Origin: the human T2T-CHM13v2.0 reference genome, Homo sapiens
DNA: 64,000 bases
Assembly: GCF_009914755.1 (NCBI RefSeq)
Contig: NC_060925.1
Reading direction: 5' to 3' (one strand)
Both the position numbers and the translations under genes were made by a program. The notes beneath the pieces are model-generated. The model was not told where the DNA came from, made no database searches, and was given only the letters and a program-made list of their open reading frames with translations. Below, one piece after another: positions 1-12,946 of the stretch (positions within the stretch are counted from its first letter, which is position 1; every line of letters starts with the position of its first letter).

Positions 1-870
1 TTAAATATGTCAGGGATTTTTCTTTCACTTTACTTAAAAACATATGTGATTCTGAAGATACTATGTATAGTAGCATACAGGATATATAGTATAGTATATA
101 TAGGTCTTATTTATTAAATTATTAAACGCATTTTTTCCTGGTCTCAAATCATGAATGGCCTTGGTGACCTCAGAGCTAGTGATTTCAGAACTTAATGTCA
201 AGAAATATTTCGGTGTAAAGCTTGGGTAAAGCATTCCACCTTTTTCTACTATCTGGTGATTCATTTAAATGCCTCATATGTACAGTGACCATCCAGATCT
301 CTGCAGTGTTAAGAGGCCCCACGGGTACACAAGCAGGGAGAGGTGTCTTTCCAACAATTCTGAGTTGCAGACAGAAAGTTTTGCTTTTAGAAAATTATAT
401 TTGGGATCCTAGAATTTAAGTTTATACCATTTTCTATTATCCAAGCCAGTGTTGTTATTTGGGAAACAACTGTTTAGCCAAGGACATTTGATAAATAAGT
501 TGTCTTCGGTATCAGTTAAAAACCTAAGTAGTTCAGAAGGTAATTCCATCAGATAGCTGTTCTAAATGCTAATTAGAAATTTGTGTATATTTTACATTTC
601 TGACTTTGGTTTACATACATTTTATTATTATATTAAACAATGCAGTTAACTATATAATCTTTTAGGGTTTCCTGGTACTAGTAATTTTCTTCATCTTTTT
701 CCTTCTCCCTCATTCTCCTCCTTTGATCTTGCTCAGGTTAGCATAAAGAAATCTGGGTTTTCTTTGTGGCTTTTCTACTAAATTGTGATGCAAATGTGAT
801 CAAATTTGATTTTAAATCTCTGGACTTTGGTCTCTTCACCTATTGATTGTAAGACCTTTCTAAGCCTTAG

Positions 871-943
871 TATACATACTTACATATATACATACATACA
901 TACATACATACATATCTATATATAGGTATAGACATAGGTATAG
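871..943. repeat. (TACA)n/(TA)n low-complexity microsatellite
   Basis: Run of tacatacatacata... grading into tataggtata. Confidence 0.85.
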
Positions 944-994
944 ATTTTATTTTAAGAATGTCCATCATGGGCAAATGAACAGAGAGAGAGTAGA

Positions 995-1225
995 ACAGAG
1001 TATATAAGAGCACATATTTTTGGAATCAAATGCAGCAAGCTCAAGCTCCATCTCTGCCAAGAACAAGTTGTGTGGCTTTGGCCAAATTACCCTCCCGAAG
1101 CCTTATTTCCATCAACTGTAGAATGTAGATAAAGACATTACCTAACTTATAAGGTTGTGCTTGTTAAGTAGTGAACTTACTTCAGTGCCTGAAAGAGAGT
1201 AAGTACCCTTAATTATTAGCTCTTG
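995..1225 (+). mobile_element. MIR SINE, degenerate
   Basis: MIR core-like 'tgtgtggctttggccaaattac...gccttatttccatcaactgtagaatg' and 3' 'agtgcctgaaagagagtaagtacccttaattattagc'; boundaries approximate. Confidence 0.7.
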
Positions 1226-1886
1226 CAACTATTATTCATAGGGACCCTTCTGTGTATGGATCCACTGTGAAAAAAGTGAAAAAAGAAAAAAAGTCTACTG
1301 TGGGTAGGTTCAATTCCTGGAACACAGTTTAGCCAGCGAATGGCACCTTTGTGCCAAGGAATGAGCATCCCTCCCTTTGGGCACAAAATCCTATAGGAGG
1401 TCCCAATCATTAGGGGTAATTGCAAAGCAGACAGACTCAGTAGAACTGAACGTACCATGAAAGGAGGAGCAGTGAAATGAAAACACAGACACTTTGCAAT
1501 CTAGAATGTTCTATCTTAAAATGTTGAAAGAGAAAGCAATTATTTTACACAACTCTCTCATCTAATTGAATCTCCTTCGTGTTATCTTTTAATCTGAGTA
1601 GGTTAGAGAAAAAGAAATGATAGTAAGAGCAATATGTCTATTACTGATGAACCTAATGAACTAGAAATTTTGCTGTACAAATAAATGATGCAAACTGTAA
1701 TCATTTTGAATTCAAAAAAGAAAATATTTCTGAATTATACTGTTTTCTTAATAAAAGTGCCAAGTTGAAAATAACACATAAGACAGGCATGGCTTATATG
1801 TGAAATACGAACATTGTCAAAGCACCTCACCCCGTTGTTTTCTGTAAAGAAAATAACTATTTATTTTTCCTGTTTCCTGATGATGC

Positions 1887-2455
1887 TGTGGTAGGTAGAA
1901 TTCCTAAAATTCCCCCACCCAAAGATGTCCCACTCTAATTCCAGGAAGCCATGAATATGATGAGCTATCTCTTCCATAATGAGGCCATAATATATGGCAC
2001 AGTTGACCTTAAAATACAGAGATTATCCAGGTGGGCCTGATACAATCACATGAATCCTTAAAAACAGAGAGATTTCTCCCACAGATGGCAGACTCCAAGA
2101 ATAGGAGGAATTCGATGCAGCATTGCTGACTTGAAGATGGAAGGGACCACATGACCTGGAATATGGACAGTCTTTAAGAGCTGAGAGTAGACCTCAGTTT
2201 ACAACCAGCCAGCAAACATAGACCTCAGTACTACAACTGCAGGGAATTGCACTCAGCCAACAGCTGAATGAGGCTGGAAGCAGATTCTTCCCTAGAGCCT
2301 CCAGTTAAGAAACCAACCCTGTGCACACCTGAATTTTGGTCTCATAATACTTGAGTAGTAGAGAATTTAGCCATGGTGGGTCAGACCTCTGACCTATAGA
2401 AACTATGAAATAATAGGTCCGTGCTGTTTAAAGCTGTGATGTTTGTGGTAGCTTG
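1887..2455 (+). mobile_element. MaLR LTR, MLT1E-like (MLT1D/E group), last ~25 nt missing
   Basis: Starts TGTGGTAGGTAGAATT; has 'gattatccaggtgggcct', 'gctgacttgaagatggaagg', 'ctgaatgaggctggaagcagattcttccctagagcctccag' and the terminal 'tgtttaaagctg...tttgtggta'. Confidence 0.85.
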
Positions 2456-2462
2456 CCATCAT

Positions 2463-2863
2463 GCATTCTCATCTAGAATCTTTATTAAAGGAAGATCTGT
2501 TTCCAAGATCATTCAGGTTGTTGGCAGAACTCATTTACAGCTTTGAGCAGTCTATCAGCTGGAGACCACCTGCAGTTCCTTTTGGGCAGCCTTTTAATTT
2601 CTCAACATGGCTGCTTATTTTATCAAGCTAGCAATGAGAGTCTCTCATTCCAGCTTGCCAAAGCAGAATCTCAGATAACATAATATAATCACAGGAATGA
2701 TAGCCCAGCATCTTTGCCTGAAGACATACTACACTAAAGACAGGAGTGACATTCCATCACTTTTGCCATATTTTCTTGGAAGAAAGTCACAGGTTCCATT
2801 CACTTTGGAGTAGGGGATTATGGGCTGTAAACATGGGGACCACCCTAAGAGTAGTCTGCCATA
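2463..2863 (-). mobile_element. MLT1E/F-group LTR (3' LTR of minus-strand MaLR provirus, truncated)
   Basis: Reverse-complement MLT1 motifs 'gatctgtttccaagatcattcaggttgttggcagaac' and 'ccatcacttttgccatatt'; LTR start 'gtctgccata'; homologous to 5512-5932. Confidence 0.8.
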
Positions 2864-3414
2864 GCCCATTTTCTGGTCTCAGTAATTTATACGTCTCCCA
2901 CATGCAAAATACATTCCCTACTCCCAAGGTCCAAGAATCTCATCCCATTATATATCCACTAAAATTACAAAATTTCATTCTCTAAATCGAGTGCACGTGT
3001 GGATAAGGTCCCTGGTTATAATTCCTTCAGAACAGCTTCTAGGCACAATTCCTCACCATCTCTGGGTCTGTAAAACCAGAGAGACAAGTTATTTGCCTCA
3101 ACATATCCAACATACAGTGGTGGAGCAGGCATAGGGTAACAGCTTCAGACACTCCAGTTCAAAAAGGGCAAAAAATAGAAGTGGAAAAACAATCACTGTT
3201 GGATAGCAGTTCAGAAACCCAGCTGGTTACACTCCAGCCAGGGTACCTTGATTAGGTTTCAAGGCCTGGAATAATCCTCCATGGCTTCTGGCTCTACATC
3301 TGGGTTCTTGATTCTATCTTTTTTGCTGTCCTTCCTTTTTCATAAAAGATACATGTTTACAGCTGAATAGTAATCAGCTGGAATCTGCCAGTAGAAATGT
3401 AGGGGTCCAGTAGC

Positions 3415-3535
3415 CTCCTTTCTTCCTTTCACTTTATTCTCTCTCTCTCTCTCTTTCCATCTCTCTCCCTCTTTCTCTCTTCCTCTATCTCTATCTCTAT
3501 CTCTCTCTATCTGTATCTCTATCTCTATCTTTCTC
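3415..3535. repeat. (TC)n/(TCTCTA)n pyrimidine-rich tract
   Basis: Directly visible. Confidence 0.9.
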
Positions 3536-3621
3536 AGTCCAAGCTTAGCAATGTTTCAGCTGAAATAATTTTCTCAATAACTTTGTGTGTTTCCTATGGC
3601 TTTTAATGGGGTTCACTCTCA

Positions 3622-4020
<399 letters not shown>

Positions 4021-4693
4021 CTAAGGAACATCTCCATTCAATTTCCTAAAGACCCTTTGGTTTGATTGAGAGGATCTGAGAAGCATATCCTTAATTCTTG
4101 TGACTAAATACTCTGACTTCTTTATCTTTCCGAGGTTTCACCAAAAGTCTATACAGTCGCATTCTTGGCTCTTTCTCTAAAGCATGCTTTCCTGCCAGGA
4201 AAACATCTCCTCATGTTAGAATCTTTTACCCTCTGTAAAGGCTGGGAAGTTTCAAGTTATCAAATCCTGGTTTCTTTGTACTTAACAGTTCTTTCCTCAA
4301 TTTATCTTTCTCTTCTTGCATTTTATTATAAGCGGTAAGAAGAAACCAAGCAGCCCAATGGCAATCCAACTGACCATTGCATGGAAATATCCTTAGCTAT
4401 ATATTCAACTTTGTCACTTACAAGTTCTGCCTTCCATGAAACTACAGGAGACAAGCTTTCTAACACTATATAATAGCAAGGATCCCATTCCTCCAGTTTC
4501 CAATGAAATATTCCTCATGTTCTTCTGAGCCCACACTATCAATATACTTGAAGTCCAGACTTCCATGAACAGTATGCTCAAGGCAAATTAGATTTTTCTA
4601 TCATGCTGTTCAAAATTTTTCCAGGTTGTGCCCACTGACCAGTTCCAAAGCTGCTGTTACATGACAGGTATTTGTTATAGCAGTACTTTGCTT

Positions 4694-5328
4694 TGTTGGG
4701 GCTTAAAACACAATACTGCAAAGTAGGGCACTTTGACATGCTGAGTACTTTGAACTGAAGGAGATTGGAAGGACTTCAGAAGCAAGAAGTTTTCTCTGAT
4801 CTTCTCCCATCCTCTTTTCTTCCATCATTTCTCCTACCCTCCTTTCTTCTTCCCTCATTTCTCCCACAAACTAGAGTCACAGAAATTAGAATTCCTCTTC
4901 CCCAGGGCAAGTCCTAGAAACTAGAACTCCTCACCCCCAGCACAAACCGTAAAACCTAGAGAGGTCATTCTCTGACCTACCTCCCTTCAAAGTAGGCCCT
5001 AAGACCCTCATTCCAGAAGGGTCCTGTTGCATACCTGGGTGAGGTATGCTAGAGGCCAAGAAGAATCTGAACAAACAGACCTTGCTAAGTCCCCCTCAGA
5101 TAATTATTATTAGATCACGTCCTTTTATTCCAATCACATATTTACATGGCTGTCCCTTCTTCATTGAACCTAAACCTAAAATCGCACAGTTTTCCCTGGG
5201 CCTTTGAGTCTTCATTTCTGAATCTTCCTATGTCATGTAAAACTTTGATTAAATGAATTTGTCATGCTTTGTCTCTTGCTAACCTGTCATTTGTTATAGG
5301 AGTGTCAGCTGTGAACCTTCTAACAACA
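4694..5328 (+). mobile_element. ERV1-class solo LTR, MER34/MER39 group
   Basis: Starts TGTTGGGGCT..., 'ctttgacatgctgagtactttgaactgaagg'; 3' 'gtaaaactttgattaaatgaatttgtcatgcttt...ttgttatagg'; ends ...AACA. Confidence 0.75.
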
Positions 5329-5345
5329 CTCAGAAACCCAAATCT

Positions 5346-5932
5346 ACATTTGTGTTCTACTGCTGTATAACAAATTACAACAAAATTAGCAGCTTAAGAG
5401 ACATACATATTTGTTAGCTCACAGTGTCCATGGATCAGGAATCTAGGAAGGGCTTAGTTGGGTTCCCTGCTGAGCCTCATAGGCTGCAATTGAGGTGCTA
5501 GTAGGGCTATATTCTCATCGAGAGACTCTACTGGAAAACAGTCCAATTCAAAGCTCACTCAGGATATTGGCACAATCCGTTTCCTTGATGCCATATGATT
5601 GAGGGACTGGCTTTTGACCATCAGCTGCAAGGCTGCCTCAGGCTCTAGGAGCTGCCCTCAGCTCCAGAACCTCAGTTTCTGGCTATGTGAGTTTCCTTAC
5701 TTGGAAGTAAGGAATGGCTTACATGGCTGTTTACTTCATCAACCTAGCAAGGAGAATCTCTTACTTCGGACTGAGAAGGGAGAATCCTCAACATAATGTA
5801 ATCACAGAAATAACCCCTCACCTTTTCTAGATTCCACTGATTAGAAGCAAGTCACACATATCTGCTGCACTCAAGGGAAGAAGATTTATACAGGGTTTGG
5901 GCACGGGGGCCCTCTGCGGCCTGTCTGCCACA
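5346..5932 (-). mobile_element. MLT1E/F-group LTR (5' LTR of the provirus)
   Basis: Reverse complement begins TGTGGCAGAC, has 'cccttgagtg...gtgacttgcttctaatcagtggaat', ends 'gtaatttgttatacagcagtagaacacaaatgta'. Confidence 0.85.
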
Positions 5933-6078
5933 CGGCATTTCTCCTTCATCCTCTTACTGTTATTGTTTGTACTATGTTGTTGGGATACAAGGACTTTGGA
6001 TCATGAAGAATAAGGAGAGGAATGGAAATCTGAGTCTCCTTTTTTCCTTGAAATCTCTGCAGAAGTAGTTGAAACTAC

Positions 6079-6109
6079 AAAAAAAAAAAAAAAACAAAAA
6101 CAAAAAAAA
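6079..6109. repeat. A-rich tract
   Basis: A16 followed by CAAAAA units. Confidence 0.9.
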
Positions 6110-7164
6110 CTGTATTTTCTGAAGTTCAGCTATCTATGTTGTTCCTGTGCCCCATTACCACAGGTAAATGAGATGACTACATTGAATTTTAAGTTTGCTA
6201 AAAGCCATCACATTCAGTACATGCTGTGAGTCCCACCCTTCAAGTTATTAAGACACTGTACATATCCTCCATAAAAGAGAGAAAACATCTTTATTGGCTA
6301 AAGAGTTTAGTTTTGAACATTCTTCATAAAATGTATCTATACAAAAACAGATATTCTGCTAAAGCACAGCTACTGGTAATAGAGAACCAAATATGTTTGG
6401 GATCCAAAGATGATCCTCAAATGCACCATACAAAAAAAAAAATTGCCATTAGAAACCAAGAAATTGGGTTTCAGTCTATCAGTCGTTAATGGTATTATAT
6501 AAGTTAGCTTAATTTTTAAACATTTGTTTTAAAAGCCCAAGGTCAGACCCATTTTAGAGATGCTCATGGATTTCTGAAAATAAGGTCTAAAGCATCAAGA
6601 TGGTACCAGAATAGCCTTGTAGGATGGGCTCCGTCCCTCCTAAGTTTACGTGGTTACCTTGCTGTCTGGAACCTGGTAGAGGGCAGGCCCAGGTGGCCAG
6701 TAGACATTAGCCACCCCACACCCCTTCTTTCTCCCTTCTTCACTCATCTAATGTTTGTCGGGCACCTTTATTTCTGGTGACTCCTAGTAAAAAGTTTTGC
6801 ACAAAGAGTATCTGTGTGGTAATTTCTGTGCTGTTCTAAGTTTTCTTAGCAGAAAAGTTTCATAGCACTAATAGGTTCTTTTTAGCCTTTTATTGTTTTG
6901 AGATCTGGTTACCAAGTGGCTTTGGCAGCAAGAAATGCCTGCAATCCTAGCTCTCAAGTGGAACATTTGAAGTCGAGGTTAAAAGTTCTCAAATAGCATT
7001 GCCGATTGCTTAACCATATTCAAATACCTTGTCTAAGTTCAGATGACTTTGTTTGCCAAGCAATTTTTATAAATTAGTATTGCTTATCTCAGTACAAAGT
7101 TGTGACACGAACAGTGCTATTTCTTCTATTGTTTTATACCTCTTAGTTTTGATTCTCTAACAGG

Positions 7165-7262
7165 ATTGTAAATGTCAAATGTCTGTGTCATCACAGGCCA
7201 TGTCTTCTTCTTAGGATGATGTGAGGCACATAGTAGGCTCTCAATAAATGCATTTATTGATA
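7165..7262 (+). mobile_element. L2 3' end remnant
   Basis: 'ggcacatagtaggctctcaataaatg' matches the L2 terminus. Confidence 0.55.
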
Positions 7263-7893
7263 GAATATGTTTCTAACATTTTAATCTCACTTACTAGTCC
7301 CGCTTACTTGTTTCTGCTCTTAATTGTACAACTAAATCTACATTTACATTGAAAATTCTTTGAAATATATTCCATATTTTTTTCTTTGGCAAAGTGATCA
7401 CTTTAGTGGTAGACTTCAAAGTAGAATAATGAAGTACAGTACATATCTTCTAATCTAGTCATGCAATTATAGCATTTCTTACAGTATTAACACTCTATCA
7501 CTAGAAAATCCTCAGGCAATAATGACTAATAAGGAAAGCATTTCCTGGCAACTAATGACCGGCATGGGGGCGCTTGCTCTTGACCCAAAGCCAGCAGCCC
7601 TCAGCCCAGCTGGCTACTGCCTAAACCGGACATGCCAGGCCTCCCTCTGAGGTTACTGTGTATTTATTTATAAACTGTTAGTATAGTGACAAGAAATTTA
7701 AAATGAGACAATGTTTAGGTGCTGTTCAGAGGAAAGTACCTGTGGGTAGATCATGATACTTTTTTAGTTGTAATTACATGACTCAGATTATTCTTCCTCT
7801 CTGTGGGTGACATAATATATATTCAACATTTAGGACTTAAACATTAAATAAAATCTGCTTTTGGAAGCACAGAGAAGGTATAGAGGTGATAAC

Positions 7894-8100
7894 AATAATA
7901 TAGCTAGCACTTATTGAGCCTTTATAAGATGCCAAGTTCTATGATAAGCACTTTACATGCATTAATTGATTTAATCTTCATAATGAATCTGCAAGGTAAG
8001 TAAGAAGAAACAGAGGCACAAATAGGAGAAAATAACATGCCCCAAATCCATAAGTAGTAAGCAGTAGAGCCTGGATTTAAGGCAAGGCCTCCAACTTGAT
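7894..8100 (-). mobile_element. MIR SINE
   Basis: 'aataatatagctagcacttattgagc...agcactttacatgcattaattgatttaatcttcataa...gaaacagaggcaca'. Confidence 0.85.
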
Positions 8101-9520
8101 GCCAACTGCTATTCTGTGTTATTACAGTTCCAATAGCAAAACAAAGCAAAAACATTTAAGCCATTATTAACAAATTGTAAAATACCAGAAGTCTTGTATG
8201 TACTACTCTATATTGTTTCTCTATAAGATGGCCTCAAATTTTTTCGATAGAAAAATATTTGGAAGTTACGAAGTGTTCTTCAGTTAACTTAGATAACATC
8301 CAACAAATAAGACAAAATAAATGTTTAAAAAAAATAAAAAGTACATTGTCAGTGAGACTATTATCAGAGTCCATGAAAATGTTGAAATATATTTTCATCT
8401 TATGATAATAATATTGCAAGAAACTTACAGTTAAAATTTTGTAAGTACCTGTATGAGTAAAGAGGAATGAGAATGCACAGAGAGAAAGTTTTTCTTTCCA
8501 GAAATATTTCCCTTACAGTCTGGAAACTTCCTTCACCTTTTTTTCTTACCACAACACTGTCCACTAATTGGCAATTTACTTTAGTTAACAAATTTCCATT
8601 TTTGAAACACAAGTGCCCCTGGAGAGTCAAGATAGCCTCCTCATTAGTTACTCACATCAAGGTAAAAATTATTTCAATGAGCTTTCTCTTAATATGTAGC
8701 TTAATGTTTAGCCCTGGGGTAATTTGAGTTGCAAAAGATAGTTGGAATGGTGAGTGGAGAGCTGAGTTATTTTGAAACAGGAGAATATGAGTCGTAAGAG
8801 CTATTGTAAGACCCCACCACAGGGAAGCCTCAAGCAAGAATTGGAACATACGTGGGAACCAAGAAATAGAGATTAGAGGGAGAGCTTATCACATTTGCAA
8901 ATGCAAACATTGTGACCTACAAATGCATTTAGAAGCAAGGGCTTATCCCTTTTCCAGACTCTAAGCACTGGGAAACAGGTGATAGTGATACCACAGCACT
9001 AAGAATGTCTCCTCCTACTTGGCCTGGTGTTGCTGGGCCAAAGCCAAAGCCTGGATCCCTGCTCCCTCCAGGTCCATCTACAGTGCCCTCTGCCACCTGT
9101 CACCTGCTACAGCCCATCAGGTGTTCTCCGTCCAGCTGCTTTCAAGGTCCAAAGTAATTGGCAGCTGAGTTCAGTACCTGAGAAATTGTATTGCCTTTTC
9201 TCTGTGTCTGGGACTTATTTTATTGCATTAAAAAAATTTAACAGTCTTAACTTGGCTCAGAGGAGTCTAGAACTACAGCACAGGGAATTTTTTTTAATCT
9301 AATGGGGCATAGGGTATAATGCAAACATATTCAGTTCTCTGCACTTATGGTGCAGTCTAGCACAAAGAAGGACTAGCCTCCTGACATTAGCATTTTAGCT
9401 ACAGGGCTGTCACTTGTTGGTTCTTAACCTTTACTCTGCTACTATAGACCTAATGGATGAGGGTCACATATGCATCATAGTATGCCTATGGGCATACTGA
9501 ATTTAAAAATAAAAAAAAAT

Positions 9521-10110
9521 CTGATGTTATCTGATTTATCTATTTTTGTTTTTATTGACTGTGCTTATGATGTCATATTCAGAAAATTATTTCCAAGGCA
9601 AATGTCAAGAAGGATCTCCCCTATGTTTTCTTCTAGTAATTTTACCATTTCAAGTTTTATGTTTAAATCTTTAATCCACGTTGAGTTAGTTTTTGTGCAT
9701 GGTGATAGAGATCCAATTTCTTTCCTTTTTTTGTTGTTGGTGCTTTTGTTTTTTTGTTTGTTTGTTTTTTGCATGTGGGTGTCCAATTTTCCCAATACCA
9801 TTTGTTGAAGAGAACATTTTTCCCCATTGTGTGTTCTTGCTACCCTTGCAGAACATTAGTTAAGGGTAAATGTGTGGGTTTATTTCTGGGTTCTGAATTC
9901 TGTTCCATTGGTTCACGTGACTGTTTTCTATGACAGTGCCATATTGTTTTGGTTACTGCAGCTTTGTAATTTATAATTTGAAGTCAGGAAATTTGATGCA
10001 TCCATCTTTATTCTTGTTCAGGATTGCTTTGGCTATTCAAGATCTTTTATAGTTTCATTTGAACTTTCTGATATTTTCTACTTCTGGAAATAATGCTGAT
10101 GGGATTCTGA
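9521..10110 (-). mobile_element. L1MA ORF2 fragment, inverted 5' segment
   Basis: Minus-strand ORF 9565..9801 resembles L1 ORF2 C-terminal part (LSPCTKTNSTWIKDLNIKLEMVKLLEENIGE). Confidence 0.9.
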
Positions 10111-10731
10111 TAAAAAGATTTTGCACAGTAATAGAAATAATCAGCAAAATAAAGAGGCAATTTAAAGAATAGGAGAAAAATTTGTATACCATCTAACTAA
10201 TGAGGAGTTAATATTCAAAATAGATTAGAAACTCATACATCTCCATACCAAAACTACAGATAACTGAGTTAAAAAATGGGCAGAGGATTTAAATAGGCAA
10301 TTCTCAAAAGAAATCCAGATGGCCAACAGGCAAATGAGAAGGTGTTCAACATCTCTAATCATCAGAGAACTGTAAATCAAAACCACAATGAGGTATCACC
10401 TTACACCTGTTAGGATGGCTAGCATCAAAAAGACAAAAGAGGACATGTGTTGGTGAGGATGAGGCAAAAAGGAAGCCCTTGTACAATATTGATGGAAATG
10501 TAAAATAGTACACCCATTATGGAAAATAGTGTGGTAGTTCCTCAAAAGATTAAAAATAGAACTACCATATGATCTAGCAATCCCATTTCTGGGTGTAGAT
10601 CTAAAAATAATTGAAAACATGATTGCAAAGAAATATCTGCGCTTTAATGTTTATTTAGCATTGACTAAGATATGAATACAGGTTCACTGTAGCATAAGAC
10701 AAGATATAGAAACAATATAAATGTCCTATGA

Positions 10732-11161
<430 letters not shown>

Positions 11162-11714
11162 AGTCTAGTTTTTAAAAAGAAGGAACCTACCCATTTACAA
11201 CAACATGAATGGAGCTGTATAGCTTTATGCTAAGTTAAATAAGCAACACACAAAAAGAGAAATACCACATGATCTCACTTATTTGAGGAATCTGAAATAG
11301 TCAAATTCACAGAAGCACAGAGTAGAATGGCGGTTGCCAGGGGCTGAGGGCAGGGGCAATGGGAGGATATTGGTCAAAGGATACAAAGTTTTAGTTATGC
11401 AGGATGAATACATTCTAGAGATCTAATGTACAGCATGGTAGCCATAGTTAAATAAGTATTAAATTTGCTATAAATTAAATAATAAAAATACTATGTTTTT
11501 ACTTGAAATTTCCTAACATTATAAATCTTAAATTGTCTCACCACATATATACACACATTCACATACAGAAATGGTAACTATGTAGAAGTGAAATACGCTA
11601 ATTGTCTGGAATTTAGTCATCATTTCACAATGTATGCAATAAATGCAATTTTTATACCTCCATGATATCTCAATAAAGCTGTTTTGAAAATGAAAAGCAA
11701 ACAAACAAACCAAG

Positions 11715-12088
11715 TGATATAGTTTGGCTGTGTCCCCACCCAAGTCTCATCTTAAATTGTAGCTCCCAAAATTCCCATGTGTTGTGAGAAGGACCCGGTG
11801 GGAGGTAATTGAATCATGGGGGCTGGTCTTTCTCATGCTGTTCTCATGAAAGTGAGTAAGTTTCACAAGATCTGATGGTTTTATAGAGGCGAGTTTCCCT
11901 GCACAAACTCTCTCTTCTCTTTTTGCCTGCTGCTATTCATGTAAGACATGACTTGCTCCTCCTTGCCTTCCACCATGATTGTGAGGCCTCCCCAGCCATG
12001 TGGAACTGTGAGTCCATTAAACCTTTCTTTTGTAAATTGCCCAGTCTTGGGTATGTCTTTATCAGCAGCGTGAACACGGACTAATACA
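11715..12088 (+). mobile_element. THE1B solo LTR (MaLR)
   Basis: TGATATAGTTTGGCTGTGTCCCCACCC...ACGGACTAATACA; perfect 5-bp TSD CCAAG (11710-11714, 12089-12093). Confidence 0.95.
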
Positions 12089-12545
12089 CCAAGCAAGCAC
12101 TTTTACATTAGAAGTAACTTGTAATGCCTACAATTATTGGTACATCAATATTGGTAACACACTCTACATGCTGTAGAAAGGCTGCAGGCTGTTGGTGGCC
12201 CCTTGGCAGCACTATTGTAACACCCTTCTTTTCTTAAGAAAAAATATTCACTGCATATGAGTGGATTATACAATAAATTTCAAACCCACTCCAATTACAT
12301 GTTTTCTTACATATCTATAAAATATAATTTTCCATAATATGCTAGTCATGTAAATATTGCATTAAGTAGTAACTAATTATTTTCCATATCCCTCACAAGT
12401 CATGTCACTCACCAGTATGTCATGGCCCATCATGTGAAATCATTGCACCAACAAATTAAAAGGCCAATATCAAATTTGATGTGGATATTACCTCTCTGTC
12501 TTACAAGGTATAAACTAACCCAGGATTAATTTCTTGATTGGTTAT

Positions 12546-12918
12546 TGTTATAGGGTTGAATTGTGTCCCTCCCCTCCCCCAAAATCACATGTTAAAGTCT
12601 TAATCTCTAGTACCTCAAAATGCGACCATATTTGGAAATAGGGCCTTTTAAGGAGGTAAGGACAGTAATATGAGAAATATGAGATCATATGGGTGGATCC
12701 TAATCCAATATGACTGCTGTTCTTATAAGGAGGTTAGGACACAGACACACAGACCATGTGAAGACATAGACAATCTACTAGTCATAGAGAGAGACCGAGG
12801 AAACCAATACTGCCAACAGCTTGATCTCAGACTTCTAGCCTTAAGAACTGTGAGAAAATAAATTTCTGTTGTTTACCTAGTTTATGTACCTTATCATGGA
12901 AGACTCAGAAAACAAATA
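12546..12918 (+). mobile_element. MLT1A/B solo LTR
   Basis: 'tgttatagggttgaattgtgtccc', 'tatttggaaatagggcc', 'ctaatccaatatgactg', 'gaactgtgagaaaataaatttctgttgttta'. Confidence 0.9.
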
Positions 12919-12946
12919 GTCATTGACTCTAAATGGTTGAATTTTA

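Noticed and set aside
1314-1322. Isolated GAS motif TTCCTGGAA
   Set aside because: A single 9-mer with no supporting context; TTCNNNGAA matches are frequent by chance.
6079-6109. Poly(A) tail of a processed pseudogene
   Set aside because: No recognisable upstream mRNA body, no adjacent polyadenylation signal and no TSD.
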